Below, piece by piece: positions 14,518 through 28,100 of a stretch of DNA of 64,000 nt. The stretch covers positions 4,898,001 to 4,962,000 of the forward strand of contig CM022669.1 of NCBI GenBank assembly GCA_012295275.1, in the 5' to 3' direction. The stretch is from Chrysomallon squamiferum (Eukaryota; Animalia; Mollusca). A program made the position numbers and the translations under genes. The notes below the pieces were generated by a model. It was not told the origin of the DNA. It did no database searches and saw nothing but the letters and a program-made list of their open reading frames with translations. The stretch's first letter is position 1, and each line of letters starts with the position of its first letter.

Positions 14518-14654
14518 GTGCGTGTAATTTGCAAAGATGGGTTCTGGGTTTTTTCCTCTAAGATTATGTCTGTGTCTGCTTCTCTGTCTGTCTGTCTGAT
14601 TGTCTGTCAGTTGGTGTCTATAGTCCACCTACTTGCCAACGAAAACTGTTTCTG

Positions 14655-14664
14655 TGTATGTATG

Positions 14665-14698
<34 letters not shown>

Positions 14699-15285
14699 TG
14701 TTTGTATGTATGTATGCATGTTTGTATGTATGTATGCATGTGTCTATGTATGTATGTATATGTGTGTGTATGTATGTATGTATGTATATTATGTATGTAT
14801 GTATATATGTATGTATGTATGTTTGTATGTATGTATGCAAGTGTCTATGTATGTATGTATATGTGTGTATGTATGTATGTATGTATGTATGTATGTGTGT
14901 ATGTTTGTATGTATGTATGCATGTGTCTATGTATGTATGTATATGTGTGTGTATGTATGTATGTATGTATGTATGTATGTATATTATGTATGTATGTATA
15001 TATATATATGTATGTATGTATGTTTGTATGTATGTATGCAAGTGTCTATGTATGTATGTATATGTGTGTATGTATGTATGTATGTATGTATGTGTGTGTG
15101 TATGTATGTATGTATGTATGGGTGTTTGTATGTATGTATGTCTGTATGTATGTGTGTCTGTATGTGTATATATGTATGTATGTATCCATGTACATGTGTG
15201 TGATGTATGTATGTATGTATGTATGTGTATATGTATGTGTGTATATCAGTATGTGACTGTTTCTGTCTACGTATGTATGTACGTA
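14655..15285. repeat. (TATG)n compound microsatellite with internal ~200-bp duplication
   Basis: TATG/TGTG/TTTG runs. The variant blocks GCATGTGTCTATG and GCAAGTGTCTATG each occur twice in the same order. Confidence 0.92.
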
Positions 15286-15623
15286 TATTTATTTTTGCTT
15301 ACATTTATTAGTTAAATTACTTGCTTGAACAACGTTAATGAAATGAATGTCTGGCACAGAACTACAACAAGAGCCAAAGATAAGCTGAAATTTGTTCTTC
15401 ATATGCGATTCATTGTCACATGAATATTGCGTCACAAATAACGGAAGTAGAGTGATGCAGTAATGGTGTAATTTTCGATTCTGATTGACAATATTCAAGT
15501 AATCAGACTTTTTTTTATCTCTTCAGACGTCTAAAGTCACATATAGAGCAGAATATCAATATGTTGTTGAATGGTCTAGTAATTTTTTAATTCTAGATTT
15601 ACATTGTGTCATAACGTTATTTA

Positions 15624-15663
<40 letters not shown>

Positions 15664-15983
15664 GTCGTTGTTGTCGTTGTTGTTGTGGTGGTGGTGGTGG
15701 GTTTGGTTTTGTCAGTTGTTATTACTACTGATAAAAGAACCGGATTTTTTACTTTTAAAATACATTTAATAAAGACTCAAACTCGGCCTATAATTTTTGT
15801 ATTTCATGTTTATGAGCAGACATGAATATATATTAATTTACTAAAATAAAAACAGTAGCATTAATGATGATGATTGTCTGTGTGTGTGTGGTTGTTTTTT
15901 TCATTTGGATATACTGCTTTGTTCTTAGTTTGTTATATTTCATATTCTTCTTCTTCGTCTTCATCTTCTTCATTATCATTATT

Positions 15984-16018
<35 letters not shown>

Positions 16019-16565
16019 TCATCTTCCTCTATTCATCAGGTTAACTGACACTAGTATAAATCACTAGTTTGATAATGTCTGCACTAATAATTCCTGTCAA
16101 AGGACGTCGTCTCCAGTGTCTTCGTGCAAGTCGTCGTATTACGACGTTGTTGCGGGTGTCGCCCACGCAACGACGCCCAGAATGTCTTAAAGCTATTTTT
16201 GTTTAATGGTATTATTGCAATTCAATAAATCTTTGACAAACAAACATGTCATCAATATTTGCGTAAATCAATACGTTTGCAATTGTCTGGGGTTTTTTTT
16301 GTTATTTTTTCTTTTTTAATGTCTTCTGTACTACAGAACATTTTGTGTTTAATAAATTCATTTTATTGGGCTGATGTATATTATAAAAAGAAACATATGT
16401 CAGAATAAGCTACTTGTTTGTTTTTTCTCTCGTTGTTTGTTTTAAAGGTACACTGTTGCTCCCAAGCGCTTTTATGAAGTCTTATTATCTACTTATCGAC
16501 TTGGGACAATGAAAAAAGAAAAAACCCCACTTGAATTAGCAATTTACAAAAGCGTGCATTTTTCC

Positions 16566-16900
16566 TGACTGACTGACTGATCGACTTATTGATTGACTGA
16601 TTGATCGACTGATTGACTGACAGACTGACTGATTGACTTATTGATCGACTGATTGATCGACTGATTGACTGACAGACTGACTGATTGACTTATTGATCGA
16701 CTGATTGACTGACTGACCGGTTAACTGACTGACAGACTGATTGATCGAGTGATTGATCGACTGATTGACAGACTGACTGACTGACAGACTGACTGACTGG
16801 CTGGCTGGTTGAATGACCGACTGATCGACTGACTAGGCGATTGACTTACTGATTTATGGGCTGACTGACTGAATGACTGAATAACAGACAATAAACTGTT
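16566..16900. repeat. (GACT/GATT/GATC)n tetranucleotide tract
   Basis: Visible 4-bp periodicity with a repeated variant block GACTTATTGATCGACTGATTGA. Confidence 0.92.
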
Positions 16901-16994
16901 TGACAATTTTCTGAATCCTCACACCTCGAATCTGACAGTTCAATGAAGTAAGAAAACAAAGAAAAACAATAAACACGGAATTAAAAAGCACGTT

Positions 16995-17065
16995 TCATTA
17001 TGAGCTTTTCACTGATACATTTTTCACTATCAAGACAACACATACCATGTCTTTTTGATAGTCTT
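16995..17065 (-). mobile_element. Short decayed fragment of SINE central core
   Basis: GAGCTTTT...ACAACACATACCATGTCTTTTTGATA is collinear with the copies at 19.3 and 30.1 kb and with the recalled Meta/MESC core (reverse: ...ATAGTACATACCACGGCCTTTGATA). Confidence 0.4.
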
Positions 17066-17477
17066 TGTACAGCAGGACGTAATAAAATCACGGAAGAACT
17101 GTTTTAATGCACTGAACCTTCTGTTAGTCTGAACGAGTCTCAGTAATTAATGAGGTGTCTCTCAGAGTCATTTTTTTACCATTTGTCTTAGCAAAGCAAC
17201 GAGGGAAAAGTCGCCGGAACAACATCATCGTTGCTGACGTTAATGACTTCCTGGTCAGACGGTCGGTTTTCCAGCAAAACAAACATCGGTTTCATTACAA
17301 AAAAAAAAGAAGAAGAAAATAAAGCAGTTTTTATGTATTAAAGGAAGGAAATGAAACGTCTGTAAAATATAAAGATTTCCGACGAAAATTCTTACTTCAT
17401 TGATTTTTTTTTTTTTGATTTTTGATTTTGTTGTTGATGTTTTTTGATACAATCTGTTTTGAATATGAAATATTTTG

Positions 17478-17581
<104 letters not shown>

Positions 17582-18629
17582 CACAGGCAGGCTTATCGAT
17601 ACTTTGGCGAACGGAAATGACGGAAAGAACAAAAGAAGGAAGGAAGAATGGTTTGACAGACGGACAGATACTAACATATACTGACAGTTCAGTGGATGGA
17701 TAGCCAGTTCAGGCAAATAACAAGACAGAAAGAAAAACAAATATATTTAAAAGCGACAAAAATACACGATTATAAACAGACAGACAGACAGAAAGCTCGA
17801 TAATTAAAATGAAAATATTATTTTATTTTATTATAAGACCATTTCACACAGCTGTAACACACACACATGTTGAAATCCCATCTTAATGAGATCGTTATTT
17901 AACTTATTTAATTAAGTACAACCTGATTCTCAGAACGTTACAAGCGATTGCAGCGTATGTTCTCACCTTAACCCGTTCATCATTATTAACTGAGGATTTA
18001 TTACGAACACTCCAGTAGTTATATATTTTAATTTCTTGTTATTAAATGGTTGTTGTAACCTAGTTTTTGTCTGGTTTTAGCATTTCTTATTTCCCCAAAG
18101 GAATCAGTAAATGTATGTATCTGGCAAGTTTCTGATTTCCTTTTGGGGAGGCGTTGACATTTGTGTAATGACATTTCGTAAACTGATCTCAGTATTTTTT
18201 ATTTATTTTACCATTACTCTTTTTTTTTAATTTATTATTTTATTTTTTTTTTTTTTTTTTTTTTGTAAATGTCTGCTTTAATATGTGTGCTTTGCGTTTT
18301 TATAAAAATATATTTTTCAGTGATTTAGGTATTGAAAAAAAATAAAAATAGAAAATTAATTTTTGCTAGTATGATCACGATGACGTAAATGATGATAATA
18401 ATAATAATTATTATTATTACGACGATGCCGTCACTGTTATTGTTATAATAAATAAATGAAAAGTATAAATTCAAACGAAACAAAACAAAACAAGTGAAGA
18501 AATGATGAAAGAAAGAATAAAGAATGAATGAATAAATAAATAAATAATTTTACGCAAAAAGGAAAAAAAAAACGTAAAGTAAAATTAAAGAAGATAAAAA
18601 TGAATAAGAAAAGAATAAAAATAAAAAAT

Positions 18630-18631
18630 AA

Positions 18632-18681
<50 letters not shown>
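18630..18681. repeat. (AAT)n microsatellite
   Basis: Perfect AAT run at the end of an A-rich low-complexity tract. Confidence 0.95.
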
Positions 18682-18685
<4 letters not shown>

Positions 18686-19235
18686 TGTATGTAGGTTGTT
18701 TTAAGACAGTTCTCTGGTTACTTGATTCGGTTAAGAACGTCTGACGTGGGCAGACTGACTGCACTATTTAAGTGGTAATACGAAGATAGGTCGCGGATTG
18801 AGATGTTAAATCACCTCCCACATATTTCTAATCATCTGTGTTGAAATGAAACACTAGATGTCTCAGCATATTTTTTTCTTCATTTTGTAAAGTCTAAAAA
18901 AAAAAAAAAAAAAAAATAGTAAATGTCAAACGGAAAGAAAAAAAAAGAATAATGACATTTGATTAACGTCCTAACATTAAAATCAGGACGAGACAAGTTG
19001 AAGGTCGTTGCGTGGACTTTTGTTTTAGCTGACTTCCTCTTTTTTTATGTCTAAATCAATAATAATGATGATGATGATAATAATAAAAATAATAATAATA
19101 ATAATGGCAGTGATGATGATTATAGTGATTGTAGCAATACTAGTATTAGTATTAAAAATAATAATAATAATGTATTAATAATTGATTCATATGTCTGCAG
19201 TAAAAACGAATACTGAATATGAAAGAAAATTACTG

Positions 19236-19269
<34 letters not shown>

Positions 19270-19339
19270 GAACTGTGGTTCTGACAAGTATTATAATGTT
19301 ATTCACAAGGTTTTCTAACAGCTATTTCAGTGACACTTT

Positions 19340-19540
19340 TATAAGCTACACATTCCCCTTAGCAGAAAGTACAATTTTGTACGTGCTTTCCCATAAACAG
19401 AATAATACACAACAGTCTTTAAAAACATACTGGTGAGACACTTGCTGGAACATGTTATAACTGAATGGGCACGTTGACAAGGATTGATCTTGCAAACCAT
19501 CATCCCTCATCTACAGAGAGCCAATTCTATGCACATTACG
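19340..19540 (-). mobile_element. Decayed tRNA-derived SINE (Meta/MESC-core-like)
   Basis: TTAGCAGAAAG...TGCTTTCCCATAAACAGAATAATACAC...CACTTGCTGGAAC...AATGGGC...GGATTGATC aligns by eye with 30.12-30.24 kb and with the reverse complement of 41.87-41.95 kb. The family assignment is from memory of the consensus, not from a search. Confidence 0.6.
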
Positions 19541-19809
19541 TAACAGAGACATTATGTTTTTTAAAACACCGTGTCAGGCAAACAGCCGGACTCAAAGACG
19601 ATTTGTGAAGATAATTTATTGCCTGGGAATGTTTTCACACATCCCACTGACAGAGTCGAGAAGTGACTTGCTGAAGAGAGCGAAACAAGATAAGTCAGCT
19701 CTTTCGTCTATCAGCAGTTATTATTTTTCATCGATTACCCAGGCAGTGGAAGTTTCAAGAGTCTAAAGATACACACACAGAATGGAAACACGCTCACGCA
19801 GCCCCACAT

Positions 19810-19838
19810 GTACATACATACACACACACACACACACA

Positions 19839-19869
<31 letters not shown>

Positions 19870-20010
19870 CACACATAATACATACATACATTCATTACAT
19901 ACAACAAACGTACGTACACACATACACATATAATTCAAACTATATGCATCCGAGCACCCTCACACACACATAAACAAATGCATGCGGACACAAACGCACA
20001 CACACACATA
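19810..20010. repeat. (ACAT)n/(AC)n compound microsatellite
   Basis: Direct reading. Confidence 0.9.
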
Positions 20011-21537
20011 CACTTGCAAACCAGTATCCTGTACCGTACGACTATGTGAAGACTAAAGTCCAGCCTCACTATGTAACTGGGAACATTAAGGTTTAATATT
20101 CTCCTGGGTCGGCATCTGGTTTGCCTGAATTATTTTTTCCGCGATCTACGAGTGTCCTAGTTACTAACTTAGTTGAATGATTTAGCATAACAGAGAAAAT
20201 AAATCGTAAAATTTTTCTTTGAATGGCAAAATAACTATTTATACATACAAACATACATGTCTACACACATATATGGATATATACATACTCATAGATACAC
20301 ACATACATACATATACATACCCATTCCCATAACCACATACATTTACACATATATACAGATGCATATACTCATGCACATACATATATACACCCATTCATAT
20401 ATGTGCAAAAAAGCAGAGATGAAAGTAGCAGAGAACTGGGATCTGTTGAGCAACCTGTCAAAGAAAATACTAGTCTACAGAAACATTGTTCCGCTGCCTG
20501 CTGCATTAGTCAAATGATAATAATGATGATAATTACAGTGATGATAACGAGGATGTTGATGATAATGATACGAGATAAAAGCGATGACACGTTTTTCATC
20601 CTTATAAGAAAAGACCCTTCAAAAATCGAGTTTTAAATATTTATAGTCTTCGTGACCTGTATAATTTTAAGCTCGTCTCTTCTGTACTGGATCCGCATCT
20701 GTCCAAATCTTTTGATTAAACGAAAGAAAAAGAGTGGAAAAAAAAACCTTTTTATTTATTTTAACTACACATTCGTATATCTGCCACAGACTGAGAGCCT
20801 TGATTGCAAAAGAGGCTTGAAGAGGTCTCTCTAGGGATGTTTTGCTTTGCCAGCCAGTTAAATGTATTTTCAGATTTTCGCTAATGGTGGCTTCATACGA
20901 GAGCGAGGTAACGTCGTGACAAGTCTAAAACTGATCAATGAACAATGTGGAGATAGGGAGACAGAGCTTTGAGTTCCCAGTTAACCACTTCCACGTCAGC
21001 GAACAATTCTCAATAGGTTTCCATCCATCATTTGGCTTCTTAGAGGCGCAGCTTGTGCGAGTTACAGGGAATTCCAGCGATGTTTACGAATGTTCTACTC
21101 GCAGCCACGTTTGCAAGAAGATAATTCAGCTCTGAGCTGAATGCAAAACAAAACAAAAAATAAAAATTTAAAACAAAATGTCCTTCACTGATTTACATTA
21201 AAGAAAATAATCTTTGTGAACAGAATTGGATGAATGATGTCTTTCTATTTACGTGTGTGTGTGTGTGTGTTATTATATAAGTGTATGTCTATATTTGTGT
21301 GTCCGTAATTATTTGGGTAAATACGTATATATATATATAAGTATTTGTGTACGTGTGTGTATGTATGCATGTATTTCTACAAGTAATTATATTTGAAACT
21401 GTTAGAAAAATCTATACTACTTTGCAGGTTTACAAAATTATGGGAAGCCTAAGAAGAAAATATATAGATTGTCTTTACGTCCATCATTTTTTTGGGGGGT
21501 TTAATTTTCTTTTTGTATCGTAGATGTAAATAATTTA

Positions 21538-21588
<51 letters not shown>

Positions 21589-21689
21589 CATTTTTATTAT
21601 TACTATTATTGAATAAACTTTAAATAATATTCGACGAAAGCATCCGAATAATACTTACGGTGTATTTCAAATGAAGCCGGTTTTATGTT

Positions 21690-22420
21690 CGTAGCTGATT
21701 GGTCTAGATTCGTTCTCGAATGCATGCGATCTGTTCCGAACGTAACCGAATATTAAACTTTCAGCTGATTGGGTTGGACTTAGTATATTAGAGCACGTTA
21801 ACGCGTTTAATGGCGGATAATACAGTAAATCCGTCAGCTCTGCGCAATTAATTTTACTTTCTTAGCATGGCGAGTAGTTCAGTTAGAAAAATAAAACAAC
21901 GTAATGCTGTTTGGCTTGACCTCTTTTCACGCCGCCGTTCAGTTAAGACGAAATAATAATGTTAAGACATAAACCGAATTACCAGGTTAATTATATATTG
22001 ACGTACGTGTTTGTGTTTGGTTGTACATTATTTGTGTGCATGGTTTTATGCATATTTGTGCGTTTTGTACATAGTTTTATGCATAATTGTGTATTTTGTG
22101 TGTATTTGGTTGTTTTGGGTATAGTTTTATGCATTCATGTGAATTTTATTTTATATGAGTTTTGTGTATGTTTTTTATATATGTGTGAGTACATTTGTGA
22201 ATGTGTATTTAACTGTGAAAACGCGGTATAAAAACACTTGCACAGAAACTGTTAAAATCTGCTGAATCATGGCTTCTGCTTTTCCGGTCAGGGTCAACAC
22301 TCGATCCCGGCGACGTCCGCTCGCGATGACGTAACGAAGGAGACACTGCGCGAGATGCGTGCGTAAACTGGTCGAACGCGTCAAATCACTGGCGACTTAA
22401 TGTTATCCAACGACAATTCA
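21690..22420. promoter_or_regulatory. Candidate promoter/enhancer: paired reverse CCAAT boxes plus CpG-dense block
   Basis: GCTGATTGG at 21694 and 21764, YY1-like AATGGCGG near 21809, and a CpG-dense block at 22280-22400 with TTTCCGGT (ETS-like) and ATGACGTAA (CRE/ATF-like). Motif-only evidence. Confidence 0.35.
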
Positions 22421-23474
22421 TTTATTTGGCTGCAGTGTCTGTTGCAGGGCACTCGAGTTTAATGAATAAACGCATTGTCGCTTTGATAAGGGTAATGAAT
22501 GGTTTTTCTCTAGCTAAATTGTTTCACTTTTCAAGCGAGACACGCAACGATGTCGGTTTTTACCAACGTCTGAAATTAAGAATTCCCACTGTGACGGCAG
22601 CATGACCGAGTAACGGATATTGTATTAACATATACGTGCACGCTAGATTCTGAATTATCTTATTTTTTTTTTTTTCTTATGTTGTTGGGATTGTTTTTTT
22701 ATTTCTATTGTTTTTATTTCTATTTTTTTTTTTTTTTTTTTTTTCTGTAGTAAGGGATAGTCATAAAAAGAAGCAATAAAATAAAATGAGGTTTATTGCT
22801 ATTAATGCATTTGTGGCATATTAAGGCAAAGATTTTGAGTGTGTGAGAGACAAAAAGAGTTTAAGCCTATATATGCGAGTGAGAAGTAGAGTGATAAAGG
22901 AAACTGACATATAGATAGACAGATATATAGATAGATAAATGGTAAGATAGAAAGGAGATATAGACACATGTATGTATGAACAGATCTTCAGAATATATGG
23001 ACATGTACGTTGGCCCATAGGCAGAATAAGTACGTAGATAAACACGGAAAAAGAAACGGACGAGTTGAGAATAAAGCAAAGTAACTAGTTTCATAAAACT
23101 AATGAAAACAACAACCACAGTTTAAAACTGTTCCAGTCAAACTCTGCCATTGCGTGAAGAATCTTGTTCCAACCAACCAGTCAATTTTTTTTTTTTTTTT
23201 TTTTTTTAGAATGATTTCAGAGTCAGGTTACTCGGTGCGGTGTGGGAAACAGTTCCGAGTGCAGAGAAAATCTAATTATCTAATAGAAAACACGACACGT
23301 CAACGAATTAAAGAAAAACAAATTTGTAACGAAAAGTCGAAGTTGCTAGTTTTTAATTACCCTGCGAATTTCTGAACTGTTTCACTGACGAAAGCCTGTT
23401 TTGAATAAAACTATGCGGCAAAGTGCTGCGGAAAGATGTTTCTAAAAATTCGTTATGTAATTCCGGCCAATAAA

Positions 23475-23660
23475 TTACGAATACATTTGTAACGCAAAAT
23501 CACCCGTATGAGTTGTAAATACGTTTGTAACGTACTTTTACGTTAATGAATTATGAATAAGTTGGTAACGTACGTTTACTGCTGAATTACTGGTAAGCAT
23601 AAGTTTGTAGTTTACGTTTACTTAATGAACTACGGTATGAATAATTCATGTTTGTTACTT
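23475..23660. repeat. Highly degenerate tandem repeat (~37 bp, core TTTGTAACG / TGAATTA)
   Basis: Recurring GAATACATTTGTAACG, AATACGTTTGTAACG and GAATAAGTTGGTAACG. Confidence 0.55.
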
Positions 23661-24929
23661 AAGATCACCCAGTGGACTTCGAGTAAGTATCTGAGATGAT
23701 AATTTCGGGAATCTTGTGGCATCAGTTTTCATGATTATTGGCAGGTCTAGTCTGTGCATAAATTTGAGGCGATCATAGTTTTAATGTAAGGATGGGTACA
23801 ACAAACGTGACTAAGACTCAGTTCAAGAGTGAATTGGATTTGATTTCAAAGTGTCAAAAACCACATTTAATGCCAGACAGACATTGATACAGACAGGCAG
23901 ATAAAGACATAGAAATAAATTGACAGACAGATGGATAAATGGATGGATGCACTGTTGAATTGACGGGAGAAACAGAGGGATAAATCAACAGACAGACAGA
24001 CAAACAGAAAGAAAGACAGACAGACAGAGAGAGAAAACGATAAGTCGTTAGAAACAAAGATAGAGAAACAAAAGCAAAACATTCACAGCGATAACAGAAT
24101 AAACAAATAATAAAATATAAAATAATATAAAATGAAAGTAGAAGACATAATAAACAGAAAATAAAATTGAAAACACAACGTTCAAATAAAACTTCATAAC
24201 AAATTTTCTCTGTTTGCTGTTATAATTGTTATTCTAGCAAATACAACTTGCCCCCAATATTATTTCGATTATATCGTCGAAAGTGCTTTAAGGCAAATGT
24301 GTGTTATTAATATAGGTCAGATAACGAACGAATACATCATACAAATAAAAGGTTAATGCCATCTCGCGAAGCTACTTCAAATGATTTGTATGTAAAATGA
24401 GTAAGTGCTTATTAATTATTCATTGAGCATACTGAACACAAAAGATTAGGAATCTCCTGCTACTGCAATCACACTAATTTTCCATGTGGAGATGTGAAAA
24501 AAAAGCTTTGGTCGATTTCCGCATATTAGATCAATAATGTGGTAGCAAAACTTGCAGCCGAAATAGCAAACATAGCAGCGATACAGTAACATAAATAAAA
24601 TAAACTAAACTAAAATAAAATAAAATAAAATAAAATAAAATAAAACAAACAAACAAACAAACAAACAAACAAACAAACAAATAAATAAATAAATAATGTT
24701 AATAGTAGCACAACTATATATCCAACTGAACATAACATCTTTCTTGACAGTATTTAAATGCACCAAATTTTCTTATTCCCTGGTAAAGAATGTCCACGCT
24801 ACATTTTACATAAAAAGAAAGAGATAGGGAAATTTATCTGTCAAACATAATGAATTCGGATGCACTTAAGACCTTTATTGCTTTTAATGTCATAGACACT
24901 TTTGCAATGAATACCGAAGTTTAATTATT

Positions 24930-25170
24930 AGGTAGTGATATAATAATAATAGCATTAATAACACTAATAATAATAATAATAATAATAGTAATAATAATAA
25001 TAATAATAATGATGATGATGATGATGATGATGATAATGATAATAATAATAATAATGATAATATTAATAATAATAATAATAATAATAATACTAATAATGAT
25101 AACGATAATAATAATAATAATAATGATAATAATAATAATAATATAATAATAACAACAACAACAACAACAA
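24930..25170. repeat. (AAT)n/(GAT)n/(AAC)n trinucleotide tract
   Basis: Direct reading. Confidence 0.95.
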
Positions 25171-25485
25171 ATAAAACAAGGCACGCAGACAGCTCAGTGA
25201 TCGTCATCTGAAATTAAAGCCAGTTTCACAACGCTTCGACAGTTTCCCAGCCAACCGAGTGCGTGATGGTCGTGTTGTGCTTCCGCTGCAAATAAACCGA
25301 TATAGAAAGCTCTGTGTGTCAGATGTAAACTGTTTTATGCTCTCTAATTTGTTCAGTTTCACCGCCAGACGCTGCACAGACGCAACGTGCGAGAAATTAC
25401 ACGCATCAGACCTACATCTATCAGTTCTCGTCTGATCCGATCATTTCACTAATCTTGTACTTTTAAAACTTGGCTTGTTGGCGGG

Positions 25486-25575
25486 ACGTTTGTAAAGATT
25501 TATTTTAACGTTTGTAAAGTTGTAGTTTAACGTTTGTAAAGATGTATTTTAACGTTTGTAAAGATGTAGTTTAAC
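25486..25575. repeat. 22-bp minisatellite, ~4 copies (AACGTTTGTAAAGATGTATTTT)
   Basis: ACGTTTGTAAAG at 25486, 25508, 25530 and 25552. Weaker copies are scattered to about 25950. Confidence 0.9.
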
Positions 25576-27283
25576 TTTTACTTTGCTTTATTATTTTTGT
25601 TATTGTTACTGTTATTATCATTATTAAAATTATAATAATTTATTTATTTATTTATATTTATGTTATGTTTATTAATTTCTATCAGTGGAAATGCGCTTCA
25701 TAACGCTTTTAGTATATGCACATTTATCGACATTTTATTGTAACGCTTGTAAAGTTTTTCTTCAACGTCATTACATACATAACGTTTGTAAGAGGTACTT
25801 TGGTATTTCTAGTTGACTTGACGTTTCATTTGAAACGTTTTAAAAGAAAATGTTCAGTTCATATCATATGTACATTCATTGACTTTCGTAGAACTGTACT
25901 TTGACTGAGGTAATTCTGGTTGAAAGAACTTTTTATTTGTAACGTTTTCGTAGTCTTCTACACTTCAAATCGTTTTCTAGGATGGATTTTTATATTATTT
26001 ACATCATTGACAGATTGTTTCATGATAGCGTTTACGTGAATTTATTTCTGTTTCTTGACGTTTTTGAGATGTATGTTGTTCTATTTAACTTTACTTCTGT
26101 TCTTGTTAAAATTTCAATTAATAACATTACTCTACATTTTTAGAATATGCTTCTACGTTTCCATTACAAGCTTCTATTAAGTCGGTGTTTTCATTTTAAA
26201 TATTTCATTTAAAACTGATTTTTTTTTTTTTTTTTTTTTTTTTTATCAGTCTGTAATGTCTGAATCATTTTCACCTAGCTATAGGAATCAATCCTCAACA
26301 ATAAACACATTGTGAACTTTTTTTTTTTTTTTTTTTTCCTTTTCTCTATTTTCCTGATATCACGTGTTTCACCGAGTTAATACCAGAAAACTACCCAGTG
26401 ATTTTTCTTTATTCAAAATGATATAATAACGTTTGACAATGACGTGCAGTTAATTGTCTCCATCTGAATGTGACCGTTTATAATTAACGACATATTGTTT
26501 TTACTGTTAAATGGAAATAGCGTTTCCGAGGACCTATAATAGACTTCTGATTTGATTTGCAGTGTGAAAGACACGGCGTTTGTTTAGCATCATAATCCTT
26601 TAGCTTCAGAATTAATACGAAAGTTGATGCTGGATAGAAAAACAAAATTGTGAGTATAGATTAATGATATAAAATATTAAGAGAATAACGGCTTAGATGG
26701 GTGAAAAAGACGATTGTGTAATTTTAACGACAAAAATAAAGATTAGAAGAAATGGAGAAAGAAAGAACACAAAACAAAAGTCTTTAAAAAGTAAAACTGA
26801 ATAAATAAAATGAAATAAAAGAAAATAATGAAAATAAAATAATAGAAATAATAATAAAGAAGAAAGAAAAAGAAGAAGAAGAAGAAGAGAAAAACTGCTT
26901 AGAAGAATTCCATGATGTACTTATACCGAAATAATCACCGTTAATCGAGTTATACAAAAACTCTGCAGAACATCTTTGTAGCAACAACCCAGTCAGTTGT
27001 AAAATACACTAATTAGGTCTCGAGCAGAAATAGCTTTTATTCCAGGAACCTTCACTCTTATCCCACAACTATTAATTATTCATACTGGCCGTAAAAACCT
27101 TACATTTCCAATTGTTGCTAAACTGTTTAGTTCACTGGCATATCGTAACTTTCAAACAACTCGGCTTCGGGTTATTTTTGTTTTATTATAGTTAATTACG
27201 AATGTTTTCCAATGAAACATGCAACGACAGATCCTACAGCTAAATACCTTAGCTTATCTGGTTGTGCATCATTATTAACTTTA

Positions 27284-27318
<35 letters not shown>

Positions 27319-28066
27319 CTATTGACTTTCCGGTTGTTGTAGTTTTATGATTAAAGATGTGATTTTTATCGATTCATTTTTCAGTTTTGATGAGTATTTT
27401 GCGTAATGTAATGGAAAATGAAGGGCAGTATGGATTAAGATGTTCTTCATTGCGTCAGTTAAGCAAGAAATAGAATAATGATGAAAGTGGTAACGATGAG
27501 GAGAAATCAAAAGAGAAAGAGAGAAGAGGGAAAATGGACAGACAGATAGAGAGACAGAGAAACAAACAGGTATTTGGGAAGAGAAAAATTTCAGAGAATG
27601 GTATACACAGTTATTATATAAAATGGACGTCAAATGGAAAAATACAAAGTCCAGAAATGAAGATAGTTTCAGATAAGAGAACTACAGGTTCTATCCATAC
27701 TTTACCGACAAAATGGAAACCACTTTAATTTACACACTTGTCAAATACAAGACGTCGCTAGGGGACATAACTCTCTAGGTATTTGTGACCTAATTGAACT
27801 GCCTTCGAAAATCACAAAAAGAAAAGAAAAACACCACCGTCGTTCAGCTACTTCGACCAGGCACAATGAACAAAACAGATTACTTTATTCGCTGGAGAGC
27901 GGGTCAGTTCAGAAAAGAGTTTATTAATTCTGGTAACAACCATCCGTTGTAAAACATTAGCTCTTTCAGTTTTTGAAACTCAGTTAATAAAAAAGTAAAA
28001 TTAAAACAGAACTGCAGGAAAATTCGGCAGCTTGAGAGCACATCTGTTTAGTATTACCAGTAGAGG

Positions 28067-28100
<34 letters not shown>

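Noticed and set aside
20666-20690. AAGCTCGTCTCT resembling the 5' part of miR-993
   Set aside because: The match stops after 12 nt and there is no complementary arm for a precursor hairpin.
20874-21137. Candidate exons (plus 20874-20907; minus after the strong acceptor at ~21137)
   Set aside because: The minus frames all hit stops within about 31 codons, and the plus 34-nt candidate has no partner exons or recognisable peptide.
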